Positions 8,162 to 20,600 of a DNA stretch of 64,000 nt are shown here, one piece after another (the stretch's first letter is position 1; every line of letters begins with the position of its first letter). The notes below the pieces were generated by a model. It searched no databases, was not told the DNA's origin, and saw only the letters and a program-made list of their open reading frames with translations. Source of the DNA: a virus; IMG/VR virus record IMGVR_UViG_3300027917_000042, positions 7,712-71,711 of that record, one strand, 5' to 3'. Position numbers and translations under genes: made by a program.

Positions 8162-8602
8162 TCAGCCTCCTCGCTTGCGTAATTCGACATGTCCCCAATC
8201 CAGCAATTTCTGATCCTTTGTCGATCCATCCGTATCCCAGTCTCCGCCCCAGCGCAGGCTGACGCGCATTTCCGCAGCGGCGGCGGTCATCAGCCCGGCT
8301 ATGTGAGCGAAGATATGAGTATCGTTCCACGGGATCGTGCCGTTGACCCACGGGGCAAAATCGATCGCCAGCGAATTCGGCTCGCCGTTATCTCTGGTGT
8401 AGTTGTGTTTCGAGTCCGGCCATCGTTTCGTTGAGGCCCCGGATTCCTGAAGTGCGTTTTGTACTTCTTCGCCCCGCCAGCCGTGAACGATGGTGATGTC
8501 GTAAGGTGACAGCTCCAGCGCCCGCTCCGCGATGGCCCGCAACACCGGGTCACAAGTCTTCAGCTTGCTCATCGACTTGGATCCATAACTGTAACCGTTC
8601 AC
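8162..8602 (-). CDS. Endolysin, peptidase M15 (L-Ala-D-Glu peptidase-like)
   Basis: G.R....Q, SKH, AIDF, RWGGDW, D.GHVEL Zn-peptidase motifs. Confidence 0.93.
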   Translation of the reverse strand: MNGYSYGSKSMSKLKTCDPVLRAIAERALELSPYDITIVHGWRGEEVQNALQESGASTKRWPDSKHNYTRDNGEPNSLAIDFAPWVNGTIPWNDTHIFAHIAGLMTAAAAEMRVSLRWGGDWDTDGSTKDQKLLDWGHVELRKRGG

Positions 8603-11600
8603 CGCAATCCTCCCTTACTGACGTCTGCATATAGCTCAGCGGTGGCCGGGTACTTCTTTTGCAGCCAGCCGATGACTTCCTCGTCGGACAGTTTCTGCCG
8701 CTCTTCCCACATCTCCTCGGTCATGATCAGCGGCGGCAGCTCTTCGGGCCTGACGTCTTCGCCCGGTTCCTTGAACCCGGACCCCGGTCTGCCGACGTAC
8801 CACTCCAAGGCTGCCTTCTCGATCTCGCGATACTTCTTCTCCAGCTCCATCAGCTTGGCTTCGGGGGTCATCACCTTGTTGCGCATGACCTCGTCAATCT
8901 CTTTACGGATCTCGCGGATCTCCTTGCTGGAATCCTTGACGTCTCGGATGGCGTCATAAACCTGCTCGTTGGTCAGGCCCTTGAAGTAGCGGGCACGCCG
9001 GGCCATGTAACCTTTTTCCAGATGATCTGGCAGGCGCTCGCCTTCCTCGATGTCGCGCATGGTCTCCTCGACCTGCACCGCCGCCTTGCGGAAGTCGTAC
9101 AACATGGACTCCCAAGCTGTCCGCCGGGGGAAGGTCGCGCCCTCTTCTACCTTCGGCAGGACAATGACGTTGCGCCCGTCTTCCATCTTCTCGTAGCTCA
9201 CGGGTGGCTCGTAGCCACGCCAGAACCGCTTCATGATGGGCAGCTGATCCGCCCTGAGCTGCGGGGCCTTGGCGTACTTGTCCGACTGGGCCCGGATCGC
9301 GGTGTCGGTCGCCATCATGATGTAGCTGCCCAGCGTGCCGAAATAACCGCGCATGATGTGTTCCACCATCATGGGTGACTCGATGAAGTCCGGCAGCATC
9401 GGCCAGTCGTAGGGCATGGCTTCGGCAATCTCTCGCGCCGTGGGACTGGTCGTCTCCGTGTACTGGTAACGCGGATCCACCTTCTGCAGGTAGTACGGAA
9501 CGATCGGGCCCTTGAAGAAGCTGTTGTAATTGCGAGCGGCCTCGACCAGCGGCGTGACCAGCTGAATCTGTCGCAGGTCGAAGTTGAACATCTCGCCAAT
9601 GATCCAGCCAAGACGATCCATGGCGAGCTTGGTGGCGTCGTCGGCGTCCGACTCGATCCACTCCCACATCCGCTCCGGCACGGTCCCGTACAGCGCCCCC
9701 ACTTCGAACGGCTTCGGCTGACGGTAGTGCATGTCGCCGACCCAGAAATGCCAGTAGAGATCCTTGTCTTCCTGAGTGAGACGCTTGTACCGCTCGTCGT
9801 CGCGGTTGTACCAGTACAGCGCCAGCGTCGCCATGGTGATGATCATCGATTTCAGCAACGTAACCCCGGCAGCTTTCACGCCTTCGCCCATCTGCCGCTG
9901 ACCGTAACGGTACAGGCCCTGCATTCTGGCATTCAGGAAAGGCACGGTCTGGATGAAGAACGCCACGATCGGCAGGTCGCCATGCTTGGCGAAGTTCATC
10001 AGATCCTTGGACTCGAATACCGCCTCCATCACAGAGCCGGTCTCGTCGAGTGCGGGCTTGTAGCCGTAGGCGATGCGGTTCGAGTTCTCCATGGCGGCAG
10101 CCACGTCGTTATAGGCATGCGCCAACCGGAACGGCGTGTTCAAAATCTTGCCTTTGACACCACTGCGGCGCACAGCTCGCTTGATCGATTTGCTCATCGC
10201 CGCAGGATCCCCGGCATTGATGTAGCCGGAGTAGAACGCAGCGCCGGACGCCATCATCGTTTTCATCTGCTTGGATAGGGTCAGCGCCTCGCCGATCCCG
10301 GCCAAAGATCTATCAGGTCGCAGCATCTTGGCGTAGCGACTGTTGACGAAAGCCATCGGCCCGTCCCGCATCCAGTTCGCGCCCATGAAGGCCGGGTCCA
10401 GCGTGATCATGGTCGTCAGCAACCGCTTGGTGAAACGGAACGGAGCCATCGCCAGTGACCCGAAGAAGCTCTGGAAGTGCCGCTGGTTGATTGCCGTCAG
10501 CGAGCGGAACAGTAGCTCATCGTGGACGTGGTAGAACTCTTTCTTGCCGTTGCGCAGGATCGTGATGACGTCCGGGTCTTTCGGCGTGCCCACCACCCAC
10601 ATCTTTTTCAGCGCCGAAAGCGCCGCCTGATCCATGTCGGCCACGTCGATGCCGACGTTGCTGAGCCGCCGTTTCAGGTCGCCCTCGGCGATCGTCTTCT
10701 CTTCGAGGAACTCGAAGCCTTTCACCTTGGTGACCATGCCGGACCCGTCGAGCGCGTCGATCGTCATGAGCGCCGCGTTGTTCCTCATCGTGGTCTGCAT
10801 CAGCATGTTCAGGTTGATGAGGATGTTTTCCATCGGGTTGCCGAGCATGCTCTTGCCGCCGCGCAGCTTGCGGATCGGCGATCGCTGGTTCGCCAGTCCC
10901 TGCGTCAGCATCTGTCTGGCGACTGCTGATGTGCCCGTCAGGGTCGGCGGCACCGTGCCGGACTGCTCGCTGAAACCCGCGCCCAGCTGATCATCCCTGA
11001 GGCGATAGAACGGAATGTAGTCGGCGTTCTCCCACAAGGGCCGGGTCTCTGGATTGATGACGCCAGCGGTCTGGGCCCAGTCCAGCATTTCCTTCATGAA
11101 CTGTGCGTAGTCGTCGGCGACTTGCTCGAACACGGGGTTCTGCTCGCCCAGCCAGAGCCCGGCAGCGATCGCTTTCGGGCTCAACAGCTGTTCCCGACCT
11201 GCCCGTTGGATCTGATCCTGAATCTCCTGCGGCAGGCTGCCATCGAGAATGCCCTGCCATACCGCCTCGCGGATCCATTCCAGCTCAGACGGCGGGGCCC
11301 GCATGTACTGTTCTGCGCCCACGTCGGCCAGTTTCCCGAAGGGTACCGACTGGGTCCGCTCCAGATGCTGCTTGATGTTAAACAACATCCCCTCTGAGCC
11401 TTCCTTGCCAATGCCTTCGAGGTACAGGCGCTTGGCCCGGCGGGCCACCATGAACTTGCCCCACTCATCGATGCGCTTGCCGACAGGTTCGAGGATTTTC
11501 AGCAGGCCATTGCTGCCTTCCTTTACCTGAGACACACCGTCACGCCATTCCAGCGTGCCCTCCATCAGGGTCACGTAGATCTGCGAGTCTGGTGACGTGG

Positions 11601-14600
11601 TCAGATGCGCATGCTTGTACGGGTCCAGCTCGGGCGGCAATCCCTGCTGTCCGTAGTAAGAACGGATGGCGTGGCGGATCCCGGCGAACTGATCAAGCAA
11701 GGCTTGTTCAATGTGCGCCTTCTTGTTTTCGACGCCGAGAACTCGATACACGAAGCTCTGGAATCTCTCCAAAGGCCCGGGGCCTTCCCCGGCTACCTTC
11801 TGGTCCAGCTCCTTCAGGCCCTCTGCCTGCTCAGGCGGTGGCGCACGAGAGAACAATGGCAGGCCACGATCATTCAGCTCGGTTTCCAGCTTCGGCGGGA
11901 TGTCGATCATCCACGCGCCGAATGCTTTGGCGGCAGATTCCAGCTCATCCATCACGATGGCTTCGAGCTGTTTTCTGACATCACGAGAGTCCATGTGATA
12001 CAGACGCTTGTCTTCATCACTTACCCAGTCAGCCCGAGTGCCGTATGTCGTGATCGCTTTCGCTGGATCTGCCTGACTGTTCCACCCTGTCTTGTCGCCA
12101 GATGAAGTCACTCTCGTGACCTTTTTCTGCAACACGAAGATCGGCTCACGCTTGATGCGCTGCCGCTCTGCTGCAACTTCTTCCTTGGTCGCAATCAGGT
12201 AATAATCATTGACCTCAACTTCGCGGAACTCGCCTTGCTGACCGCTAAGCATCCGGTACTTGTCTCCCATGCTCTTCGGTCTTTTCCAGATCTTTTCCCG
12301 AAACACTGCGTCGTCAGCCCATTGACGGCTCGCGCCCAATGCTCTGGTGTTGATCCGGTATTTACCAAAGTCCACATCCTCGGGGACCGTCACTTCTTCG
12401 CCGTAACTGTTGGCGATGTATTCGTCGATCTCCTCCTCGGTCATGCGGGTTTCTTTCACCCGGTACTTCTGTCTGATTTCCTTCTCGACTGCTTCAATGG
12501 GCTTGTCGAAATAAGGGATCATCCCGGCTTCCATATTTGGCTTGCCTTTGATCGCGCCCCATTCGACTTTGGTGCCAAACTTTTTCAGCAGCTTGTTGGT
12601 AAAGACGTTCGGCTGAATCTTGTTGTAAACCGAGCGGCTGCCGGTCATGAATCTTGGCGAGTATCCGCCTGCCGCCATTTGCCTGTGGCCCGTCAAGTCC
12701 ACAGCATCGACGCCCACAAAGTTGACGTCACTGCCGCTTGCAGAACGAGCCTCTTCCTCGTCGGCAATGACCTGCTTGGCGACGGCGTTACCGAGGAACT
12801 GCGGCAGATCTTCCCGGGTTACGACATACCGGGTCTTGGCCTCGCCCTTGTCATAAGTTTGCAGCCGGTATAGACGGTCAACATTCTCGTTAGCCCACTC
12901 GTACAGGTTGCCCGAGTAACCAGCATCTCTTGCTTTCTGAAATTTCCTCGCGATGGACGTGTCTTTGAACTCTGATTCTGGCGGGATCTCATTGGAAGGT
13001 GTGTTCTGGAACAGCGCATTGGGCCCGGCAAACCCTTCGACGTTAGACGAGCTGACCACCTCGACATAATCGTAGAGCTGCCCGGCGTTCCAGCGGAACC
13101 CATGCACTTCGCCATTGGCGATGGCGACTTTCTTGATGCCTCGTCGATTCGCCTCGGCAAGCGCCCATTTCAATGCGAGCAGGTGATAAGTTTTTTCGAA
13201 AGGCGCTGGATCCATGCCCGTCTCAGCACGGTGAATCTTGTCCTCCCGCTCTGTAAACTCCAGAGCCATCTGGCCTATCGAAGAATCTCTGAAATCACTG
13301 AGATCATTAACCAGATCGCTGAGCTTGTAATCGCCACCTCGTTCTTTATACGACTGCGGCAGCCACTCCTGCGCCGGGACAAGAGTTGTCTCATCGAACA
13401 GCGGACCCTGACCATTGCGGCTGATCTTGTTTAGATACCCGGCCAGTGCCTCGGCATACGCCCCGGTCACCATTCGATTCTGCTGATCAAACTCCGGGTG
13501 AGTGACGTCGTAGGTCAGATCCAGATCTCGCAGCGAACGAAACAGCTGCTTGATCAATGTGCTTTTGATTTCAGCGACTTTGTCAGGCGCGAAGATTTCC
13601 TTGATATCGTCTGGCGTAATGACCGCATCGACCCAGCCAGCCGAGCCGGTGGCCCGCCAGTCGGGAGCCGGAGAACCGTCATACCATTGATAGGTGTGCG
13701 TGCCGTCATCGCTGACTTTTGCTTTCGGATAGGCGATGACAGTTTTTCCGTCATATTCCCTGAAATACGCAAACTTGCCTGTCAGTGCGTTTGCAATGAT
13801 CGCTCCGTACTGAGCCTCGTTCTCGTTTTTGTGAGGCGTGTTATTTTGGGCAAGACGTTCCAGCATGGCCCGATTGGCAAACGTGCCAAGAGCTTCAAGC
13901 ATCTGATCGGTGACCCTGCCAAGCGGTGCGGCGTGCTTCGAATCCAGCGTGCTGAGATTCTGGAACTGGTTGCGCGGATGTTTGCCAACGACCTGATCCA
14001 GCCATTTTTGGCGGAAGTGAAATGCAGGGCCGCCGGGATTCTCCATCAGCTGTTCGGCAGATGGATTATCGTTCCACTGTTTGTGAGTTTCTCCGTAGAC
14101 GATGAAGTCCATGAGGTCTACGAAGCTCATCGTCTCCAGAGCATCCTCGATCAGCGTCTCGCCTTTCGGGCGCACACTGCGGTTGTACTCGTTCAGATGC
14201 AGCTGGTGAATTTCTTCTTTCAGTCGCCGTGCTGTCTCCGGGCTCTTCACCCCGGCATCACGCAACTCCTGATGCCAGTCAGACTGGATCTCATCGATGA
14301 ACAGGATCTTCTCGCCATCAGGCGTATAGCGAATGTCATGCCGCAAGTGAACAATGATGTTGGGGATGTCATCCCAGTGAGCATCCGCAGTAAAGAGAGT
14401 CTCGTTGATGTCCCATTGAATCAACGTCTCTTCGTAATCTTCGCCGCCTTCGAGGTTGTAAGAAGGCCCGGTCCACTTGGTGGCTGGGAGCTGCTCCTGC
14501 TCATCTACCCACTCGCGAATGCTTTCGGTCACGTCCTCGGCAGCCATGGCGGTGCCCCAGTCCGTGCCATCAATGGTCAGGTCGTACTCATCTTCTGCGA

Positions 14601-17600
14601 CGTTGCCTTCGACATTGAACTGGTGGTTCTCGTAGATCCAGTACCATTTGGCGACCAGCCCACTGTTGTACTCTTTCTCCCAGTCTTCTTTATTGCTTGA
14701 CGTGAGAATATCTGAAGCGATGTACTCGCCGTCAATCTCGGTTTCGTTGTTGCTGGCATACTCGCGCAGCTCGTTCTCGTAGTCAGCATCATCTTCTTCA
14801 ACAGCATCCCGCTCTTGGCTGTACCAATGCTCCGCGATGCCTCGCCATCCAGCGTCCTCCAGCTTCTTGTCGAGCGCATCACTGGTGCCGAATGCTGATG
14901 TACCGAACTGCTCTTTCATTTCCTCCTCGGCCTTGGCGTCGAGGAAGCTGTTGTAATCGTCGTAGTCCGGGTGGCTTTCTTCGTCCGGGCTTGTTGAAGT
15001 AAAGCTATCCGCTTCCGCCCAGTCGAGATCCGACTTGGGATTTGTGACCGTGACCTTGACGCCCACTTCCCCAACCCAGTTCAGCATCACCTGAACCGGG
15101 ATCCTTTTAGCTGGACGTTCTCCGTATCTGACGATCATGGACCGGAGGTCGTTATATTCCTCCTCCATGTCCCGAATGCGTTTCACCATTCGCCTGACCG
15201 CCCGATAGGTGGCGTCGGTGTCGCTCAATCCTTGCGTGTAATCCTGCCAGCTGTACCGCTGGTCATAATTTTCGAGTCCGGCCCGGCTGATCTCAGCGGT
15301 GCCGTTGACAAGCGCATTGACGATCGTCTTCCGATGGTACATATCGGTGCGACTGGGCCAGAGCGTACTGGCAATCTTTTCTTCGAGCTGGCCGCGTTCG
15401 ACATCAAGCTCATCCTTGCGACTGTACGCCGCCTCGACATCCTTGTCGGGGTACAGATGGAACACCTCGTCGATCTTGTCATCGCGCCTGCCGCTCCAGT
15501 GCCGGTAAATGTCGTTGATGGTCGGGCTTTCAAGCAGCGTGTCGATGTCGGTCCAGTCAAGCTCATCTTGTTTGATCAAGCCTTTCTTGACTGCCGACGC
15601 GATCTCCTGCTGCCACTGCTCCTTGGTCCGGCCACCCGATTTGATCTCGGGCAAAGAGCCGAGCCAGCGATGCAGGGCGCTGTAGAAATGCGGCGAGTAC
15701 ATCGAGAAGCGGTGGTTGCGGTGCAGCTTGACCACCTGATGCTTGTAGCCGCCGGGCCGGTGAACGAAGTTCCAGCCTTCCGAAATGATGCCCCGGATCT
15801 GCCGCTTGGTGATGCCGTGGCCCTTGCCCATAGCGCGGTCCAGCCAGACCCGGAACATCTCCACCAGATCCTCGATGATCTGCTTCATCTTCTCGGGAAT
15901 GGATTTGCTGCGCAGGGCCTGCCCCGTGTAGTAGGCGATCACTTCTTCAGACGCGATGCGGCGCTGCGTCAAATCAGCGACGTTCAGCCCATTGCGTTTG
16001 GCGGCATCCTTGACCAGATCGGGAAACGTATTCCAGATCCGATCCATGACCCGTTCCCACTGCGCCGTGGACAAGACACCCTGTGTCCCGTAGTGGCCGA
16101 CCACCTCGTGCAACAGGGTCTCGATCGCATCCTCGTTGGTGTTGATGTTGGCCCCGATCAGGTAGACCGTGTCGAACATCCCGTGGATGTCGTACATGCC
16201 CTGCGTCCGGGTCAGCGCCTGCGACTGTGGATCCTGTGCCTGCTCCTCTTTCAGCTTCAGGTAGATGTCGTGCGGCAGATCTTCAACGGTCTCCACCACG
16301 ATCACCCGGGGCGCTGAGTTCATGCGCCGGTAAACCTGCCTGACAGCGTTCTGGACTGCCTGCTTGCCGAGCCCCTTACCTTCGTTGGTCTTCTTCTTGC
16401 TGTAGCGCGTCGCCTTTCTGGGACGGCGCTCGTAGAGGAACGGAGCCTCGGCCCTGAGCCGGAATCCGTTGCGCTTGTACCAGTTCACCAGCTGACCACG
16501 GGTCAGACCTTCCTCGCCGAACGGCACCGGGTTCAGCTGCAGGGTGACGCCGTGCTTGTCAGCCAGCTCGTTGATGCGACGCAGCGCCATGCCGCCGTCG
16601 CCCTTGTTGATCTCGAAGGCCCGGATGGACTCGATGCTGATGGTATTCTTGTCAGCCGGGCGCAGCTGGGCAGCCGCCTTCCATTCAACGATCCGCTCAG
16701 GCGCACCGAACGGATTGGCCTCGGTGCCTTCCATCCATTCCTTGATCATCGCCTCGACGTTTTTGCCATAGTCCGGCGTCGAGATCTTGACCTTGCGGCT
16801 GAACCGCTTGGGCTCTTTCAGGGTCAGGGTGCCGTCCTCGCTGACGCTGATGCGCATGTCGTCGAGCGACTGGCCGGTAGTCGGGGCCTGATGCTCGGCC
16901 CTGCGTTGGTCCATCAGCCTGCGCAGCTCGCTGTCTGGCACGCGCTGCCACGTATTGAGGTTGATACCTTCGGTCGGTTCGCGCCCGGCCTTCTCAGCGA
17001 GCGCCTGCTCGGTCTCCTGAAGGCTCTTCAGAACGTCCTTGATCGCCACCCTGCGAGCGGCATTCGGCATGAACCCATATTCCCCGGGGTCACCGAACTC
17101 GCCCGTCAGGCTGCGGTACATCGCGTCTGACAGGTTGGTGTTGTACTCTTGGGTGAACTGCTCTTCGCTGATCGTGATGCCGACCTGTTCCAGCAGCATG
17201 CGCTGAAGGCGGAACGCAAGGTCTTCCCACTCCAAGGCCCGCTGCGCTTCTTTCAGCGTCATTGGGCGCTGCTCGACCAGCTTCTGGTTCGGTGGCTTGC
17301 CACGCGGCAGCATGGCGATCCGGCCCAGCCTGCCATAACGGTAGCTGTCGCCGTACTTCTCCTGCATCAGCTGTTCAGTGATGCCGTGAGCAATCTCGTG
17401 GGAGACCCGCCATGCGCGGGTGTACTCGGTATCCTTGAAGGATCCGCGCTCGACCTCTGGGTCGTAGATCCAGACGGTGCCCTGCTCGTACCCTTGCTTC
17501 TTCAGCTTGGGCAAGCGGAACCGATCCGGGTCGTAACTGAAAACTTCCAGCTCGTACCCGTAATCGGCGAGTAGCTTCTCGGTGGTGCCCTGCGGATTGT

Positions 17601-20600
17601 CGATCGCAGGGGCGAGGTTGTAGATCTTCAGCCGGTTGGTGGTCGGTTCCTTTCGCAAGGAACCGAACCGACCGTAGATCTCTACTTGGGCTCGTCCTCC
17701 GTGGTCGAGTCGATCCACGGGTACTGGTGCGGCAGCCGACCTTGGTGAGGTCTTTGCGCGACCGGCCCAGCGTTTGGTGACCTGCTCGGCCCGCCCACGC
17801 CAATCGTCAAGCCGCGATTCAAGGCCCGGGCGTCGGGCTTGTATTTCATCACGTAGTCGAGATCCTTTTTCGTCAGCTTCCCAGTCATGTACGGTTCTCC
17901 TGTATCCAGATGACTCCACCGTCATTGGTGAAGAATCGTCTTTGATTATACCGAAAGGTGTTGAAATTTCCGAGATCCATGAGCGAACCCCGTCCAGCCA
18001 CTTCGCGTTGTTTGCGGCCTTCTTTCTCGATGTGGACGGAGCCTCTCCGGTTTCCGGGTCAACGCCGTCCAGATTGATCAGGGTAATTTCGTCCGGCTCT
18101 GTGACCGTGAACCCCTGTCCCGGGAAGTACTGTTCGAGCATCGCTGCCAGCAAGCCGATGTCCTCGCTGGTCAGGGCCTTATCGAATCTGACGGCGAATG
18201 CTTGATCGTAGCCCTCCTTGTTTGGGGATGGCGGCTCTTTCGCCTCGCTCTTCACCGGGCGGAACCAGATCACCGAATCCTGCCGGTAGATGTATTGCAG
18301 CGCCTTGGCGATGATGTCCGCCGTGTTCCTGTCGTAGCCCTCTGCCGCCTTTAACAGCGGCGCTTCCATCAAGGCTCCGGGCGCGGTGGTGCCAAGATAG
18401 CCGCCACGCATCTGCTCGGTGACGTACAGCGGCAGACCCAGTGCATCGAGCAACTCGTTGCGCCCGTCATCCGCGCCAAGGACGTTGAGCATTTCCTCGG
18501 TGAACTGGGTGCGCTCCGCGTCTGTCAGGCGAGCCAGCACCCGGCCCTCGTTGAAGCTCTCAGAAGGAATGGTCTCGAATGCCGCGTTGGCCGAGGATCC
18601 GCGAATCAGCTCAGCAAACGATCCCCGGCGACCGCCACGAGCCAGCACCCAGAGCGCCGCCTGAAACTGGCGCGGCCTGTAGTCGGTGTTGTACTGCTGG
18701 TTGTAATCCGCTGTCGCATCGACGATAACCTTGCGGGCGAATTCGTATTGGTTCGGCGTCAGTTTTTCTTCGTTCGTGAACCCGAACTCGCGAGCCATCC
18801 ACAGATCAATCGTCACCGCATCCGGGTAGCGGTCCTGCTCGAATGTCGCATCCCACAGGTTGCGGTAGAAGTTGAGCAGTTTTGGACCAACCCCCCGGGT
18901 GTTGATGGTCAGCTCGTCTGCTTCGAGGGCCTTGATCAAGTCCTCGTTGCCCATCAGGGCACCGGGGATCTTGGTCAGGTCACTGAGACGACCTTCTTTG
19001 TAAGCGTTGTAGATCCCGGTGATCCACTTCGTGACATTGGTTTCAACGGAGGTGTTCGGCGACATGAGCGCCAGCAGGCGCACCATCTTCTCCATGTCCT
19101 GCATGTCGCCCTTGACGAGCTTGCGGATCACGGCTCCGGCGTCTTCGTACCACGTCCACGCATCGGGCGGGATCAGCGCCCGGCCACCACCATCCTTGCC
19201 CTCGCCACGGCGGACCCGGTTGCGCAGCTTGGTGACGAAGCGACCCACCGCCCGGACGTCTTTGATGCCGGGCGGTGAGCCAACCGGCTTTTCGCCCCGG
19301 GTTGGATACCGCTCCTGATACCACTCGCCAGAAGGTGCCCGGCGGCGTCTCCTCACCCGGGAGAGGGAAGGGGTGGTGATGGAGGGGTGCCGCCGGGCAT
19401 TACTGACCCAGCGATCCACGCTGGGTTTCTGGTCAAGCGCAGGTTTTGGAATCGATATCGGCCCCTCAGGAAGGTCGATGGTATCGAGGTTCTGTGGATC
19501 GTCAGGATCCACCATCATCTCGCGCAAACGCTTCAGCCGACTTGTGGCAAGGTCGAACTTCTGTTCGCCAAGCGCCACCGCTACGTCCCGGGCGGTCTTC
19601 TGAGCCTCATTGTATGCGGGCAGCTTGCGGTGTTCGTCGGCGTATTCCTTCAACGCCCGATCCACCAGCTCGCGGTAATCCTCGAAGGTCGGAGCTTTGC
19701 CCGTTTTTTCCTCGAACTTCTTCCACCACTTCGGCGCGAACCGGGGTTCTTCCTGCCAGAGCCGGAAGTTGTTCTGCAGATTCTCCTCGAACTCCCGCTT
19801 GAATCCATACGGATTGGTGAGGTAGCTGATGCCTCGCTGGACCTTGGGCCACACAAACTCCAGCCCCTGATCCCGGCTCTCGTTGGCGGTGCGCTCAGAC
19901 ATGCGGTGCGTCAGGTCGCCGAGATGCTCGACCATCACCTGCATCACGCCACCCCCGGTCAGGGACTGGGCCCGCAGCATCGCCATCTCCGGCTTGCCGC
20001 GCTGCGCGTCAGCCAGCGCCTCGAAATCCTGCTTGGCGTCACGAGTAAACCCGTACTCGTCCCGACCATCGTCGCCAGACCCTCGCACGTAACGCAGGAT
20101 GCTGGGATCAAGCGCGATCGCCTCGCCGCTGTCACTAATGATCGCGTCGTAACCTTCCCGCCGGATGAACTCGAATTCCTCAGGGCGCAGCTGATCGAAT
20201 GCATCTCGCGGCAGCTGCAGGGGATTTTCCGGGTTGATAGTGACCGACAGCATGCCTTCCCGGCGTTTCTTCTCCAGCCGGGGCATGCCGCCCGCTTCCA
20301 TGTCGGCGTAGAAGACCTTGCCTTGGATCTGCTTGGCGAGGTCAGTTTCTGTCGGGGCCTGCCCGATCAGGCTCTCGACATCGCCCATGGAGCGAACTTT
20401 CTGGCGCAGCTCCGCGTCGGTCAGGCGAGTGATGTCCGGCGTGCGTGACTGTCGGATCCGCTGATCGAGCGCCTGCGCCCGGGTCTGGCCTTCGCCCACC
20501 AGCTGCCGCCTGCCCTCGGGTGTCAGGGTCATGCGACCCTCGGCGGCATTCAGCACCCGGCCAAGACCGGAACGCTGCAGGTTGAACATCTCCTCGTCGG

